Positions 16,361 through 25,767 of a stretch of 64,000 nucleotides of DNA are shown here, one piece after another. The notes beneath the pieces were generated by a model, which had not been told where the DNA came from, ran no database searches, and worked only from the letters and a program-made list of their open reading frames with translations. The position numbers were made by a program, and so were the translations under genes. Location of the stretch: assembly GCA_965203775.1 (NCBI GenBank), contig OZ241913.1:3242653-3306652 (forward strand). The letters run 5' to 3'. This DNA is from Dehalococcoidia bacterium (GTDB taxonomy: Bacteria > Chloroflexota > Dehalococcoidia > Bin125). The number at the start of each line of letters is the position of its first letter. Position 1 is the stretch's first letter.

Positions 16361-17923
16361 TCAGACGCAGGTGGGCCAGGAGGCGAGGGTTTTGGTTTGG
16401 CCGCGCGGGGGCGGGGCGGCGGGGAAGCGCTGAACGGCTTCGAGCAGCCAGCGGCGGGTGTCGGCGGGGTCGATGATTTCGTCGAGGTTCATTATCCCGG
16501 CTGCGCCGTAGGGCTCGTGGCCGAGCGTCCAGTCGTCGATCAGGCGTTGGCGCTCGGCTTCGGGGTTGGGGGCGTTTTCGATGTCGCGGGCGTGAACGAC
16601 GTTGACGCCGACTCCGGGGTCCATGAAGGAGATTTCGGCGCCGGGCCAGGCGGTGACGAGGGCGTTATCGAGGCTGTTGCCGGAGAGGGAGAAGTAGGCG
16701 AGGCCGAAGGCCTTGCGGAGTACGACGGTGAAGCGCGGCACGGTGGTGAGAGCGAGCGCCTCGAGGAACATGATCGCCTTGTGCAGGAGGCGGTTGTGTT
16801 CGGGCTGGCTGCCGACGATGAAGCCGGGCACATCCTGTAGGAAGACGAGCGGGATGTTGAAGGCCTCGCAGAGGCAGAGGAATTGAGTTGCTTTATCGCA
16901 GGTTTCGGGAGTGAGCGCGCCGGCGTTGAACATGGGATTGCTGGCGAGGATGCCGACACTGTTACCGCCGATGCGGGCGAGGGCGGTGATCAGGGAACGC
17001 CCGAAGCGCGGTTTGAGTTCCAGCATTTGTCCGTCGTCGACGATCCGCGCGATTATGCGGTGCATGTCGTAGGCGCGCTGGCGGCGGGTGGGGACGAGTT
17101 CGGCGAGTTGGGGATCGGGTTCGGCGCGGTCGTTACCGGGGAGTATGGGCGGGGTCTGCCAGCAGTTGTCGGGCATGTAGGAGAGGAAGGTTTTGATCAG
17201 GGCGATTGCCGCGTCCTCGTCGTCGGCCACCTGATCGATCTGGCCCGTGCGATCGAGGTGGACGTCGACGCCGCCCAGGTCTTCGAGGGAGATGCGCTCG
17301 CCGGTGGCGATTTCGATGACGCGGGGGCTGGAGACGGCCATCGAGCTGCCGCGCACCTGCACGACGAAATCGGAGAACGCGCCGTGAAAGGAGGAACCGC
17401 CGAAAGATTCGCCGAGGATGGCGGTGGCGAGGGGGATGCGTCGGCGTCGGCGACCCATTTCGAGTCCGGGCGGGATTTTGCTGAAGCCTTCGGAGCCGAG
17501 GGCGTCGGGCAGGCGCGCACCGCCGGTCTCGCCGAAGTAGACGTAGGGGACGCCCTGGGTAAGAGCCTGTTCGTAGATGCGCTTCATGCGCTTGCCGCCG
17601 ACGACCGAGGAGGAGCCGTGGAGGACGGTGATGTCGTCGCCGCAGGCGGCGGCGGGGCGTCCGTCGATTTTGCCCCAGCCGCCGATTTTGCCGTCGCCGG
17701 GCGTGCGGTCGCGGACGTCGGGGTGCTCCGAAACGGCGAATGTGCCGATTTCGCGGAAGCTGCCGGGGTCGAAGAGGCGGTCGAGGCGCTCGCGGATGGT
17801 GAGGCGTCCGCGGGCGTGCTGGCGGGCGATGCGGTCGGCGGAGCCCATCTGCTCGACGATGCGCTCGCGGCGGGCGTGCAGGTCGTCGCGGATTTGTTGC
17901 GGGGTGCGGACAGCGTCGGTCAT
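16361..17923 (-). CDS. Acyl-CoA carboxylase carboxyltransferase (beta) subunit
   Basis: Full-length carboxyl-transferase pattern (two crotonase-like halves; GGARLPD, GESFGGSSF, GPCAGG-like region). Confidence 0.85.
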   Translation of the reverse strand: MTDAVRTPQQIRDDLHARRERIVEQMGSADRIARQHARGRLTIRERLDRLFDPGSFREIGTFAVSEHPDVRDRTPGDGKIGGWGKIDGRPAAACGDDITVLHGSSSVVGGKRMKRIYEQALTQGVPYVYFGETGGARLPDALGSEGFSKIPPGLEMGRRRRRIPLATAILGESFGGSSFHGAFSDFVVQVRGSSMAVSSPRVIEIATGERISLEDLGGVDVHLDRTGQIDQVADDEDAAIALIKTFLSYMPDNCWQTPPILPGNDRAEPDPQLAELVPTRRQRAYDMHRIIARIVDDGQMLELKPRFGRSLITALARIGGNSVGILASNPMFNAGALTPETCDKATQFLCLCEAFNIPLVFLQDVPGFIVGSQPEHNRLLHKAIMFLEALALTTVPRFTVVLRKAFGLAYFSLSGNSLDNALVTAWPGAEISFMDPGVGVNVVHARDIENAPNPEAERQRLIDDWTLGHEPYGAAGIMNLDEIIDPADTRRWLLEAVQRFPAAPPPRGQTKTLASWPTCV

Positions 17924-20900
17924 TGGGCAGTCTCCGGTTGGGGTTGGGCGAGCGACGCCTGTTCGGCGGCGCCGGTGTGGGTGTAGAGCAGCCAGGCCTC
18001 TTTGACGGTCTGGCCGGCGGCAGTGAGCATTGCGGCGTAGGTTCGCACCTGCTCCTTGTAACGTCGATCTCGTTCGCGATCGCGGGAACGGTCGCTTTTG
18101 AAGTCGACGACGATCCAGCCGCCGGGCTCGTGAAAGACGAGGTCGGCGACGCCTTCGATGATGGTGATTTGGGCGGCGTCGGCGCCGTTGGAGCTGTTTG
18201 CGGCCTGGACGAGGGGGAGCTCGAAGTGGCGCTGGTCGGCTTGGGCGGCGCGGCGGAGCAGGTCGGTGTTGAGGGCGCGGTGGATTTCGGCCGCAAAGTC
18301 GGTGAGATCGAGCTTGTACTCCTCGGCGACGCGTCGGGCGATGTTGGCGGTTCGGGCGGGGTCGTTGAGGTCGGCGAGGGCGAGGGCGCGGTGGATGGCG
18401 ATGCCGCGCTTGAGCGCCTGCGCGCGGGAGGATGCGGGAGGAACGTATTCGGGAGGAGTAGTGTCGTCGTCGTCATCGGCGGCGGCGGTACCGGCTTCGC
18501 GCTCGGCTTTTTCTGCGTCGCCGCCGTGCTGCGAGGGGGCGCGGGTGATGATATTGACGCGGCCGGTTTCGAGCGTTGCGGCGCGGCGGGATTGCCAGGC
18601 GTCGGTGATCGCCTGGTGGGCGACGGGCGCGGGTTGGGGGGTAGGCGGTTCGAAGGCGTCGAACTGGTCGGGGGAGAGCTCGATAACGTGATCGGGGTCG
18701 GCGGTTTGGAGGGGTTCTTCGAGGAAGGCGGCGAAGGTGGATTCGGCGCGGCTCTGGGCGAGGAAATGGGGGAGGATGAGCCAGTCTTCGGCGCGGGTGG
18801 CGGCGACGTAGAGGAGGCGTCGGAATTCTGCTTCGGCGTGGGTGCGTTCGCGATCAGGGTCGAAGCCGGGAGTGTGGAAGCCGGCGTTGCTGGGGCCGAC
18901 CTGGATTTCGAAGGTATCGTTTTCGCGGTCGACCATCAGCTGGGTGGTGTCGCGGCGTCCGTCGCCGAGTTTGGGGACGATCACGATGGGGAATTCGAGG
19001 CCTTTGGCCTGGTGGATGGTGAGGATGCGGACGACCTGCTCGACGGCTTCGGAGGTGGCGGACTCGGCTTCGGAGAGGTCCTGATCGCGGCGCTGGGCGA
19101 TCCATTGGACGAAGGGGCGCAGGGAGTCTTCGGCGGCGGCGGCGAATTCGGCGGCGCGGTGGACGAGCATCTGCAGGTTGGCGGCGCGCTCTGCGCCGTG
19201 AATGCCATGCGCGAACTGCGCCTCGAGCAGGCCGGATTTGTGCAGTACGAAGTCGATGAACTGGGGCAGGGAGCGGTCGCGCAGGCCATCGCGCAGGCTG
19301 CGCAGCTGGGCGAAGCCGTCGCGGAGCGGGCCGTCGTACTCGTCGGGCACGGCGTGTTCGTCAAGCGTGAAGCGGGCGCGGCGGTTGGGGTCGTTGCGGG
19401 CGTAGACGTAGTCGAAGAGTTCCTGGTCGGAGGCGGAGGCGAGCGGGGTTTTGAGGGCGGACATGACGGCGACTTCGTCGGTGGGATCGTCGACGGCCAT
19501 GAGGATGTTGGCGAAGTCGTGGATTTCGGGGCGGGTGAAGAAGCCGCGTCCGCTGTCGAGGTGGTAGGGGATGGCGTGTTGGTCGAAGGCTTTGGTGTAG
19601 GTGTCGATTGCGGTGCGGGTGCGGACCAGGACGGCGATGTCGCCCATCCTGGGCGGGCGCGGGGCAGGGCAGGCTTGCTTTCGCTGGCAGGCGTCGCAGT
19701 TTTCGCAGGGCAGCTGGCCGAAGCCGGCGCGGTTTTCGGTGAGGTCGTGGATCAGGCGAACGAGCAGATCGGCTTCGGCTTCACGGGCCAGGGCGACCCG
19801 CTCGAACACATCGCCGCCGTTGATGACGACGACGCCCGGGCCGTCGCCCTCGCGGTGTGCGGCGATTGGCTTGCCGTAATCGGCTTGCGCGCCTTGGTGC
19901 TCGGGATCGGTGTGCAGGATTTGGGGGAAGGCGTCGTTGGCCCAGCCGACGAGGTCGGGGCGTGAGCGGAAGTTGACGCCGAGCCGCTCGACGGCTGCGC
20001 CGGCGTCGTCCTCGGCGGTCTGCTCGAAGATGCGCTGAACCTGCTGGTAGATGCGGATATCGGCGCGTCGGAAGCGGTAGATGGACTGTTTGGGGTCGCC
20101 GACGACGAAGAGTTTGCCGGGGGCGGGCTGCGCGGCGCGCCAGTCGTCGGTGTCTTCGGCGGCGGCGAGCAGCAGGACGAGTTCGGACTGGAGCGGGTCG
20201 GTGTCCTGGAATTCGTCGATCAGCAGGGTTTTGAAGCGCCGGCGGAAGTGCTGGCGGGCGCGGGGGTGGTCGCGGATCAGGTTGCGGGCGTAGAGCAGGA
20301 GGTCGTCGAAGGAGAGTTTGCCGGCGGCGCGGCGACGGTCGGCGTGCCAGGTGACGAAGTCGGTCAGCGCTCGCAGCAGGCGATGGAGCGCGGTGCTGCG
20401 CACGGCGTCGGCGAACTCGTTGCGGTCGTCGGCCGCGTCGTCCCAGAGTTCGCGGGCTTCGGCGTTGCGCTTGTACTTGCGGGGCGGGCGGATTGTCGGA
20501 TCGGCGGCGAACAGGGCCATGCGTCGGGCGAGGGCGTCGGCGTCTTCGCCGTCTCGCTCGCCGCCGCGCAGGTCGTCGAGTCCCTGTAGCAGCGCGGCAA
20601 TGCGGTTGTGGGCTTCCGGGCTGTCCTCGACCCGCAGATAGGCGTCGGCGGTCCGCTGCGCGTCGATAATCCACTGGTCCAGCGTCGCGGCCGGGTCGGG
20701 GACTTCCGCGCCGAAGCCGGGAGGATTGAGGTCGCGGTAGCGGCCGACGAGTTCGGCGGCGTCCTGGATGTGCGAAACCTGTAGGCCATGGCTCAGCATC
20801 TCTTCCAGCGCGCTGGTGTGGCTCTGGTCGCGCCCGGACCAGATCCATTCGTCCCAGGCGTCCCGGAAATCAAGCGTCTGGCCGAGTTGATCGAGGACGC

Positions 20901-22029
20901 TGAAGTAGGGGGCGAGCTTGGCCTCGAAGGGTCGCTCGCGGAGCAGGCTGGAGGCGAAGGCGTGGATGGTGCCGATCTGCGCGACATCCACCTGTTCCTG
21001 CGCTGTGCGCAGGCGATCGCGCTCTGCCGGATTGGGGGCGTCTTTCAGCTCGTCGGCCAGGCCGCGGCGGATTCGGGCGCGGAGTTCGCCAGCGGCCTTT
21101 TCGGTGAAGGTGATGGCGACGATTTCGCGTAGTTCGGCTTTGCCCTGGCGGACGGTTTCGATCACGCGCTCGACCATCACGCGGGTTTTGCCCGCGCCGG
21201 CGCCGGCTTCGAGGAAGAAGGAGGTATCGAGTTCGTGGACGACGCGCTCGCGGGTTTGTTGGTCCTGGTCGGCGATTTGGCGACGGGCGCGCTTGCGTTC
21301 CTCGGCGGCTTCAGCTTCGCGACGGGCGCGCTCAAGCTCGGCTGCTTCCCGCGCTGCAGCTGCTTCAGCTTCGCGGCGCACTCGCTCGCGTTCGGCGGCT
21401 TCCCGCGCTGCGGCGGCCTCAGCTTCGCGGCGCACCCGCTCACGCTCGGCAGCTTCGGCTTCTCGGCGCACTCGCTCGCGTCTGGCAGCTTCGGCTTCGC
21501 GGCGCGCTCGCTCGCGTTCGGCGGTTTCGGCTTCGCGGCGGGCTTGCTTGCGTTCTGCCTCGGCTGTGGCCTCGCGCCAGGCGCGTTCGCGTTCTGCCGC
21601 TGCTTCGGCTTCGCGACGTGCTTGTTCGCGTTCTCGGGCTCGTTCGTGTTCGGCCGCGGCTGTAGCCTCGCGCCAGGCGCGTTCGCGTTCTGCCGCTGCT
21701 TCAGCTTCGCGGCGCGCTCGTTCCGCCTGCTGCTGAGTCTGTCGGTTGCTCCCGCCAGCGCGGCGTGGAGCCTGCTCAGATCCGGTGCGACGGCGATCGC
21801 CCTGCTGCCTTCCAGGAGTTGGCTTCGGGTCGTCGGACAGGATGGGCTCCACGAGCTCCCAAGCTACGTTGATCTCCGCCGTGCGCTGGTCAGCGTCGGT
21901 GGCGGCGTTGCGATCAGAGTGATGAAGTTTCACCAGTTTGCGGTAAGCTGCCAAGCCAGCTTTCTTCGTCGTGCTGGCCGAGATGCCCAACACCTTGAGC
22001 GCTTCTTTCGGGGTTTTCGGAATTGCCAT
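17920..22029 (-). CDS. addA: AddA/RecB-type UvrD-family helicase-nuclease with an N-terminal J-like domain and charged coiled-coil extension
   Basis: J-like LKVLGISASTTKKAGLAAYRKLVKLHHSDRN (HPD replaced by HSD), about 200 aa of REAEAAAERER repeats, Walker A GAGAGKT, DEFQDTD, and the C-terminal RecB nuclease motif GVADLVFHEPGGWIVVDFKSD. Confidence 0.8.
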   Translation of the reverse strand: MAIPKTPKEALKVLGISASTTKKAGLAAYRKLVKLHHSDRNAATDADQRTAEINVAWELVEPILSDDPKPTPGRQQGDRRRTGSEQAPRRAGGSNRQTQQQAERARREAEAAAERERAWREATAAAEHERAREREQARREAEAAAERERAWREATAEAERKQARREAETAERERARREAEAARRERVRREAEAAERERVRREAEAAAAREAAERERVRREAEAAAAREAAELERARREAEAAEERKRARRQIADQDQQTRERVVHELDTSFFLEAGAGAGKTRVMVERVIETVRQGKAELREIVAITFTEKAAGELRARIRRGLADELKDAPNPAERDRLRTAQEQVDVAQIGTIHAFASSLLRERPFEAKLAPYFSVLDQLGQTLDFRDAWDEWIWSGRDQSHTSALEEMLSHGLQVSHIQDAAELVGRYRDLNPPGFGAEVPDPAATLDQWIIDAQRTADAYLRVEDSPEAHNRIAALLQGLDDLRGGERDGEDADALARRMALFAADPTIRPPRKYKRNAEARELWDDAADDRNEFADAVRSTALHRLLRALTDFVTWHADRRRAAGKLSFDDLLLYARNLIRDHPRARQHFRRRFKTLLIDEFQDTDPLQSELVLLLAAAEDTDDWRAAQPAPGKLFVVGDPKQSIYRFRRADIRIYQQVQRIFEQTAEDDAGAAVERLGVNFRSRPDLVGWANDAFPQILHTDPEHQGAQADYGKPIAAHREGDGPGVVVINGGDVFERVALAREAEADLLVRLIHDLTENRAGFGQLPCENCDACQRKQACPAPRPPRMGDIAVLVRTRTAIDTYTKAFDQHAIPYHLDSGRGFFTRPEIHDFANILMAVDDPTDEVAVMSALKTPLASASDQELFDYVYARNDPNRRARFTLDEHAVPDEYDGPLRDGFAQLRSLRDGLRDRSLPQFIDFVLHKSGLLEAQFAHGIHGAERAANLQMLVHRAAEFAAAAEDSLRPFVQWIAQRRDQDLSEAESATSEAVEQVVRILTIHQAKGLEFPIVIVPKLGDGRRDTTQLMVDRENDTFEIQVGPSNAGFHTPGFDPDRERTHAEAEFRRLLYVAATRAEDWLILPHFLAQSRAESTFAAFLEEPLQTADPDHVIELSPDQFDAFEPPTPQPAPVAHQAITDAWQSRRAATLETGRVNIITRAPSQHGGDAEKAEREAGTAAADDDDDTTPPEYVPPASSRAQALKRGIAIHRALALADLNDPARTANIARRVAEEYKLDLTDFAAEIHRALNTDLLRRAAQADQRHFELPLVQAANSSNGADAAQITIIEGVADLVFHEPGGWIVVDFKSDRSRDRERDRRYKEQVRTYAAMLTAAGQTVKEAWLLYTHTGAAEQASLAQPQPETAQ
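21290..21730 (-). repeat. Imperfect in-frame tandem repeats encoding the Arg/Glu/Ala coiled-coil of the AddA fusion
   Basis: Recurrent gcttcggcttcgcggcgcgctcgctcgcgttc-type units on the + strand. Confidence 0.7.
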
Positions 22030-22086
22030 TGTGGTTTGCGCGGTTCCTTTAGCAGGTGGGTGGTGTGAGGTCGCGTGTGTTGCTGA

Positions 22087-25000
22087 TCAGCGGATGCGCT
22101 TTGCGACTAGCTGCTCGAAGTCGGCGGTGAGGGACTGGTTGCGGCGCTGCTTGGTTATGTAGCGGGGGGCGACCTGCGAGTTGCAGGCGGGCTGGAAATC
22201 GCACCATTTGCAGTGAGTGTCGTCGGGCTTCTTCTGCGCTGAGCGGAAGGGAAAGGGGAAGAATGCGCCGTTGACGATGCCCTCGGAGATGGTTTCCAGG
22301 ACATGCTCCAGCTCGTCGGCCGGCGTGAGGGCGTCGGGCGTTCCGTGGGGAGCGAGCTCGCTGCCATCGAGCGGTTCGCGCTGGAAGCCGCCTTTGGCGG
22401 AGACGTAGAAGAATTCGGCGGTGGATGCGGCGAGCTCGCCGCGGTCGTCCTGCTCCATGGCGTGGAGGTAGAGGGGGAGTTGCATGAGGTAGCCGGAGCG
22501 GAAGGCTTCGGCGGCGTCGCGGCGGTGTTTGCCGGTCTTGTAGTCGATTGCGCGGCGGCGTCCGCCGGGCGCTTCGTCGACCCGGTCGATTCGGCCATTG
22601 ACGATCAGGGTGCGGTCGTTGCCGGCGTCCAGCTGGACGTTCTCGAATTTGCGCTCGACGGAGCGGGGGCGCCAGTGGGGCTCGGCGGCGGCGCGTTTCG
22701 CTTCGGCCTGGCGGGCTTGTTCAAGGTCGTCGAGCACCTGGCGTCGGAGGCCGTCGGCGATGCCGGGGGGACCGAGTTGGCGCTTCTGCTCGGCCTCGTC
22801 GAGCTTTGCGTTGGCGACTTCGAGCAGCGGAGCGGGGTCGAGGGCGTACTCGGGCCAATCCGGGCGTTTCTGGTTGAGCCAGTTTTGCACCCAGGCTTCG
22901 AGGATCTCGTGCATGAGGCTGCCACGATCGAGCACGGAGAGTTCGCCGCCTTCTTCGGGCTCTTCGACGGCGTGGACGCCGAGGATGTTGGCGAGGAAGA
23001 AGCGGTAGGGGCAGGCGGCGTAGCGCTCGAGGGCGGTGGCGGAGAGGGTGCGCTGGCCGTCGAAGGGATTCCAGAGGTCGCCGGGGGGGCGGATGAGGCC
23101 GTCGAATTCGGTGAATTGGAGGCTGTTGCGTCCGCGTCGGGCGATGTCGGCGCGCTCGGCGGGGAGGCCGCCGATCTCGAGCAGCAGCTGGTGGCCGACG
23201 ACGCCGGGGGCGCTGAGCATGGCGATGCGCAGGTCCGATTCGTCGAGCGCGCGTTGTTCTGCGCCCCAAATCGGCGCGCCGTCCTCGTCGGGGCGGGGCG
23301 CGGCTTCGGAAACGGCGGCGGGGAGGCGTTGGAAGCGCTCGCTCTTGTTGAGGGCTTCTTCATCGAGCGGAGCGGTACCGGAGCCGTTGACGCGGCCGAT
23401 GGCCTGGGTGAGTAGGACGGAGGGGTGTGAGGGGCCGCCGACGGCGGAGGCGCGGCGGGCGTAAGAGAGGGTGAGTCGTTTGCGGGCGGCCTGCTCGATC
23501 AGGGTGAAGGCGAGACGGTCCAGGCGGGTGCGGGTTTGGCCGAGGCGCAGGGCTTCGGCTCCGATTTGGGCGTTGAGGTCGCGGCGGGCGCTGTCGGGCA
23601 GGAGCGGGTCCTGGCGGGGGACGGCGGGAAAGCTGCGCTCGGCCATGCCGGGGACGAAGACGGCGTCGAAGCGGAGGGTTCGGGCTGCGCCGGCGGCGTT
23701 GCCGATCAGGACGCCCTGGAGGGCGCGGCGTGGCCGGAGGCGGGACTTGTTGAGCGCGCCGCGGGCGGCGTGGAGCAGGCGGGCGGAGGTGTAGCGGGCT
23801 TCGATTCGGTCGATGCCGCCGAGCTCGGAGAGCGCGGCGCGGATGGCGTCGATTAAGCGGGGGTAGTCGTCGGGCGCGTCTTCAGCTGCGTCGGAGTCCG
23901 GCCTGCCTCGGCCGTCGTTGATGTAGTCGTCGAGCGCCTTGAGCACGACTTTGACGGCGTCGGACCAGTTGCCGGCGTGCGCAATCTGGTCGGCGCGCGA
24001 TTGCAGGTCGTCGCAGACCGCCAGCAGTTCGCGGGTGGCTTGCTGCTCGTAGGGGCGTTCGGCGTCGTTGCGCTTGAGTGAGTCGAGGTGCTGTTCGAGG
24101 TGGGAGTGGAACTCGGCCCAATCGCTGGTCAGGCGGGCGCTGCGGGAGATGCGCTCCCACTGGAGCGGCTTGGGGCGCGGACCGACGGGGAGGGGCGCGC
24201 GGAGGGTGGGATTGCCGAGGAATTCGAGCAGTTGGGGGCGCTGGGGTTTGTCGCAGAGCAGTTCGAGCAGGCGCAGGGCGGCGCGCCCGGGGTTGGTGTG
24301 GAGGACGGGCTGTCCGCCGGCGACGAAGGCGGGGATGTCGGCGCGCCGGAGCGCGTCGGCGAGGCTGGCGTCGCCTGCGGCACCGGCGCGGTGGAGGATC
24401 GCCATTTCGTGGAATTTGACGCCGCCTGCGGCGGCGTCGAGGACGCGGCGGGCGGTTTCGGCGGCTTCGGCGCGGGGATCGGAGGTGGAGAAGCCGCCCG
24501 CGGCGGCCGGGCTCGATTGGGCGGGCGCGGGCGGGAGCGACTCGGCGTCGGTTTCGGCTTGGAGAGTGTCGGCAAGAGCGGCGGCGTGTTCGTCGCCGTC
24601 GGGGGCGGGGATGAGCACGTGGACGGGAACCTGCGCGGCGCAGCTGGCGAGCAGTTGACGCTGGACGCGGGTGAAGTCGTACATGCCGGTGACGATCAGC
24701 CGCGCGCCGCCGAGTGCGGCGGCGATGTCGTGGGGCTGGACGGCCTGGGCGAGCGCGTCTTCGTAGAAGGAGGGGCGGTCGCGGAGTTCGGCGGCGCGGT
24801 CGCGCCAGGCGGTGTAGAGCGCGGCGAGGTCGGCGATGATGCGGCGGTCGTCGGCGTTGGCGGGGCGGTCGTGGGCGAAGCGGGCGAATGTTTCGGCGTC
24901 GACGCCGCCCTCGCGGAGGTCGGTGAAGGTGACGTGCAGCGCTTCGGCGAGGCCGGGGGAGTTGGGGTCGAGTTCGCGGAGCTGACCGGCGGCGGCGAGG

Positions 25001-25299
25001 TTGTGGATGATGTCGTCAAGCAGGAGCGGGGCGGCGCCGGGCGGGAGCAGGATGCGCTTGGGCAGGTCGGCGCGGTCGGCGATTTCGCGGGCGAGGTCGG
25101 CGGGGGTGAAGAAGTAGATGGCGGCGAGCGGGCCGACTTGTTGTGCGAGGCGGCGCTGGTGGTAGAGGCGCTGGAGGCCGGAGCCGACGAGGATGTTGAC
25201 GCGGGCAAGGGGTTGGTCGGCGCGCCGCTCGCCGAGCGCCGCCTGAAGGCGGCGCTCGGCGGCGGCGATGTCGCGGCAGCGCTCGATGGTGAGGGGCAT
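22087..25299 (-). CDS. addB: AddB-type PD-(D/E)XK nuclease subunit with C-terminal Fe-S cysteine cluster
   Basis: Sits directly upstream of addA. C-terminal region has CPYRFF ... IDYKTGK ... CKWCDFQPAC. Confidence 0.75.
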   Translation of the reverse strand: MPLTIERCRDIAAAERRLQAALGERRADQPLARVNILVGSGLQRLYHQRRLAQQVGPLAAIYFFTPADLAREIADRADLPKRILLPPGAAPLLLDDIIHNLAAAGQLRELDPNSPGLAEALHVTFTDLREGGVDAETFARFAHDRPANADDRRIIADLAALYTAWRDRAAELRDRPSFYEDALAQAVQPHDIAAALGGARLIVTGMYDFTRVQRQLLASCAAQVPVHVLIPAPDGDEHAAALADTLQAETDAESLPPAPAQSSPAAAGGFSTSDPRAEAAETARRVLDAAAGGVKFHEMAILHRAGAAGDASLADALRRADIPAFVAGGQPVLHTNPGRAALRLLELLCDKPQRPQLLEFLGNPTLRAPLPVGPRPKPLQWERISRSARLTSDWAEFHSHLEQHLDSLKRNDAERPYEQQATRELLAVCDDLQSRADQIAHAGNWSDAVKVVLKALDDYINDGRGRPDSDAAEDAPDDYPRLIDAIRAALSELGGIDRIEARYTSARLLHAARGALNKSRLRPRRALQGVLIGNAAGAARTLRFDAVFVPGMAERSFPAVPRQDPLLPDSARRDLNAQIGAEALRLGQTRTRLDRLAFTLIEQAARKRLTLSYARRASAVGGPSHPSVLLTQAIGRVNGSGTAPLDEEALNKSERFQRLPAAVSEAAPRPDEDGAPIWGAEQRALDESDLRIAMLSAPGVVGHQLLLEIGGLPAERADIARRGRNSLQFTEFDGLIRPPGDLWNPFDGQRTLSATALERYAACPYRFFLANILGVHAVEEPEEGGELSVLDRGSLMHEILEAWVQNWLNQKRPDWPEYALDPAPLLEVANAKLDEAEQKRQLGPPGIADGLRRQVLDDLEQARQAEAKRAAAEPHWRPRSVERKFENVQLDAGNDRTLIVNGRIDRVDEAPGGRRRAIDYKTGKHRRDAAEAFRSGYLMQLPLYLHAMEQDDRGELAASTAEFFYVSAKGGFQREPLDGSELAPHGTPDALTPADELEHVLETISEGIVNGAFFPFPFRSAQKKPDDTHCKWCDFQPACNSQVAPRYITKQRRNQSLTADFEQLVAKRIR

Positions 25300-25358
25300 A
25301 GGGAGAGGGTAGCCCGCGAGCGCGTTTGCGTGGGTGGGTAGAGAACGCCGGCCGCGGG

Positions 25359-25697
25359 TTAGACGGCGGAGGGGCCGCGCTCGCGGGTGCGCACGCGGAC
25401 GGCGTCTTCGACGGGGAGGACGAAGATTTTGCCGTCGCCGATCTGGCCGGTGCCGGCGTTTTCGAGGATCGCGTCGATCACGGAGTCGAGCGGGGTGGTG
25501 TTGATCACGATCTCGATGCGGATTTTGGGCAGGTAGTCGACCTGCACCTGCTGTCCGCGGTACTCCTGGACCATGCCGCGCTGCGCGCCGCGGCCGCGGA
25601 CTTCGGTGATCGTCATGCTGACGATGCCGATCTGTTCGAGCGCGTGGCGGACGATCGAGAGTCGTTCGGGTCGGATGATGGCGATGACCATCTTCAT
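25359..25697 (-). CDS. glnK: P-II nitrogen regulatory protein
   Basis: MKMVIAIIRPERL... with T-loop EYRG. 112 aa, immediately downstream of amt. The track N-terminal extension was rejected. Confidence 0.9.
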   Translation of the reverse strand: MKMVIAIIRPERLSIVRHALEQIGIVSMTITEVRGRGAQRGMVQEYRGQQVQVDYLPKIRIEIVINTTPLDSVIDAILENAGTGQIGDGKIFVLPVEDAVRVRTRERGPSAV

Positions 25698-25767
25698 GGG
25701 ATGAGCCTTTCTGTAGCGGGGGCGGCCGGGTGGGCCGCCCCCGCGCTGTGGTTGCCGCGGGGCGAGG

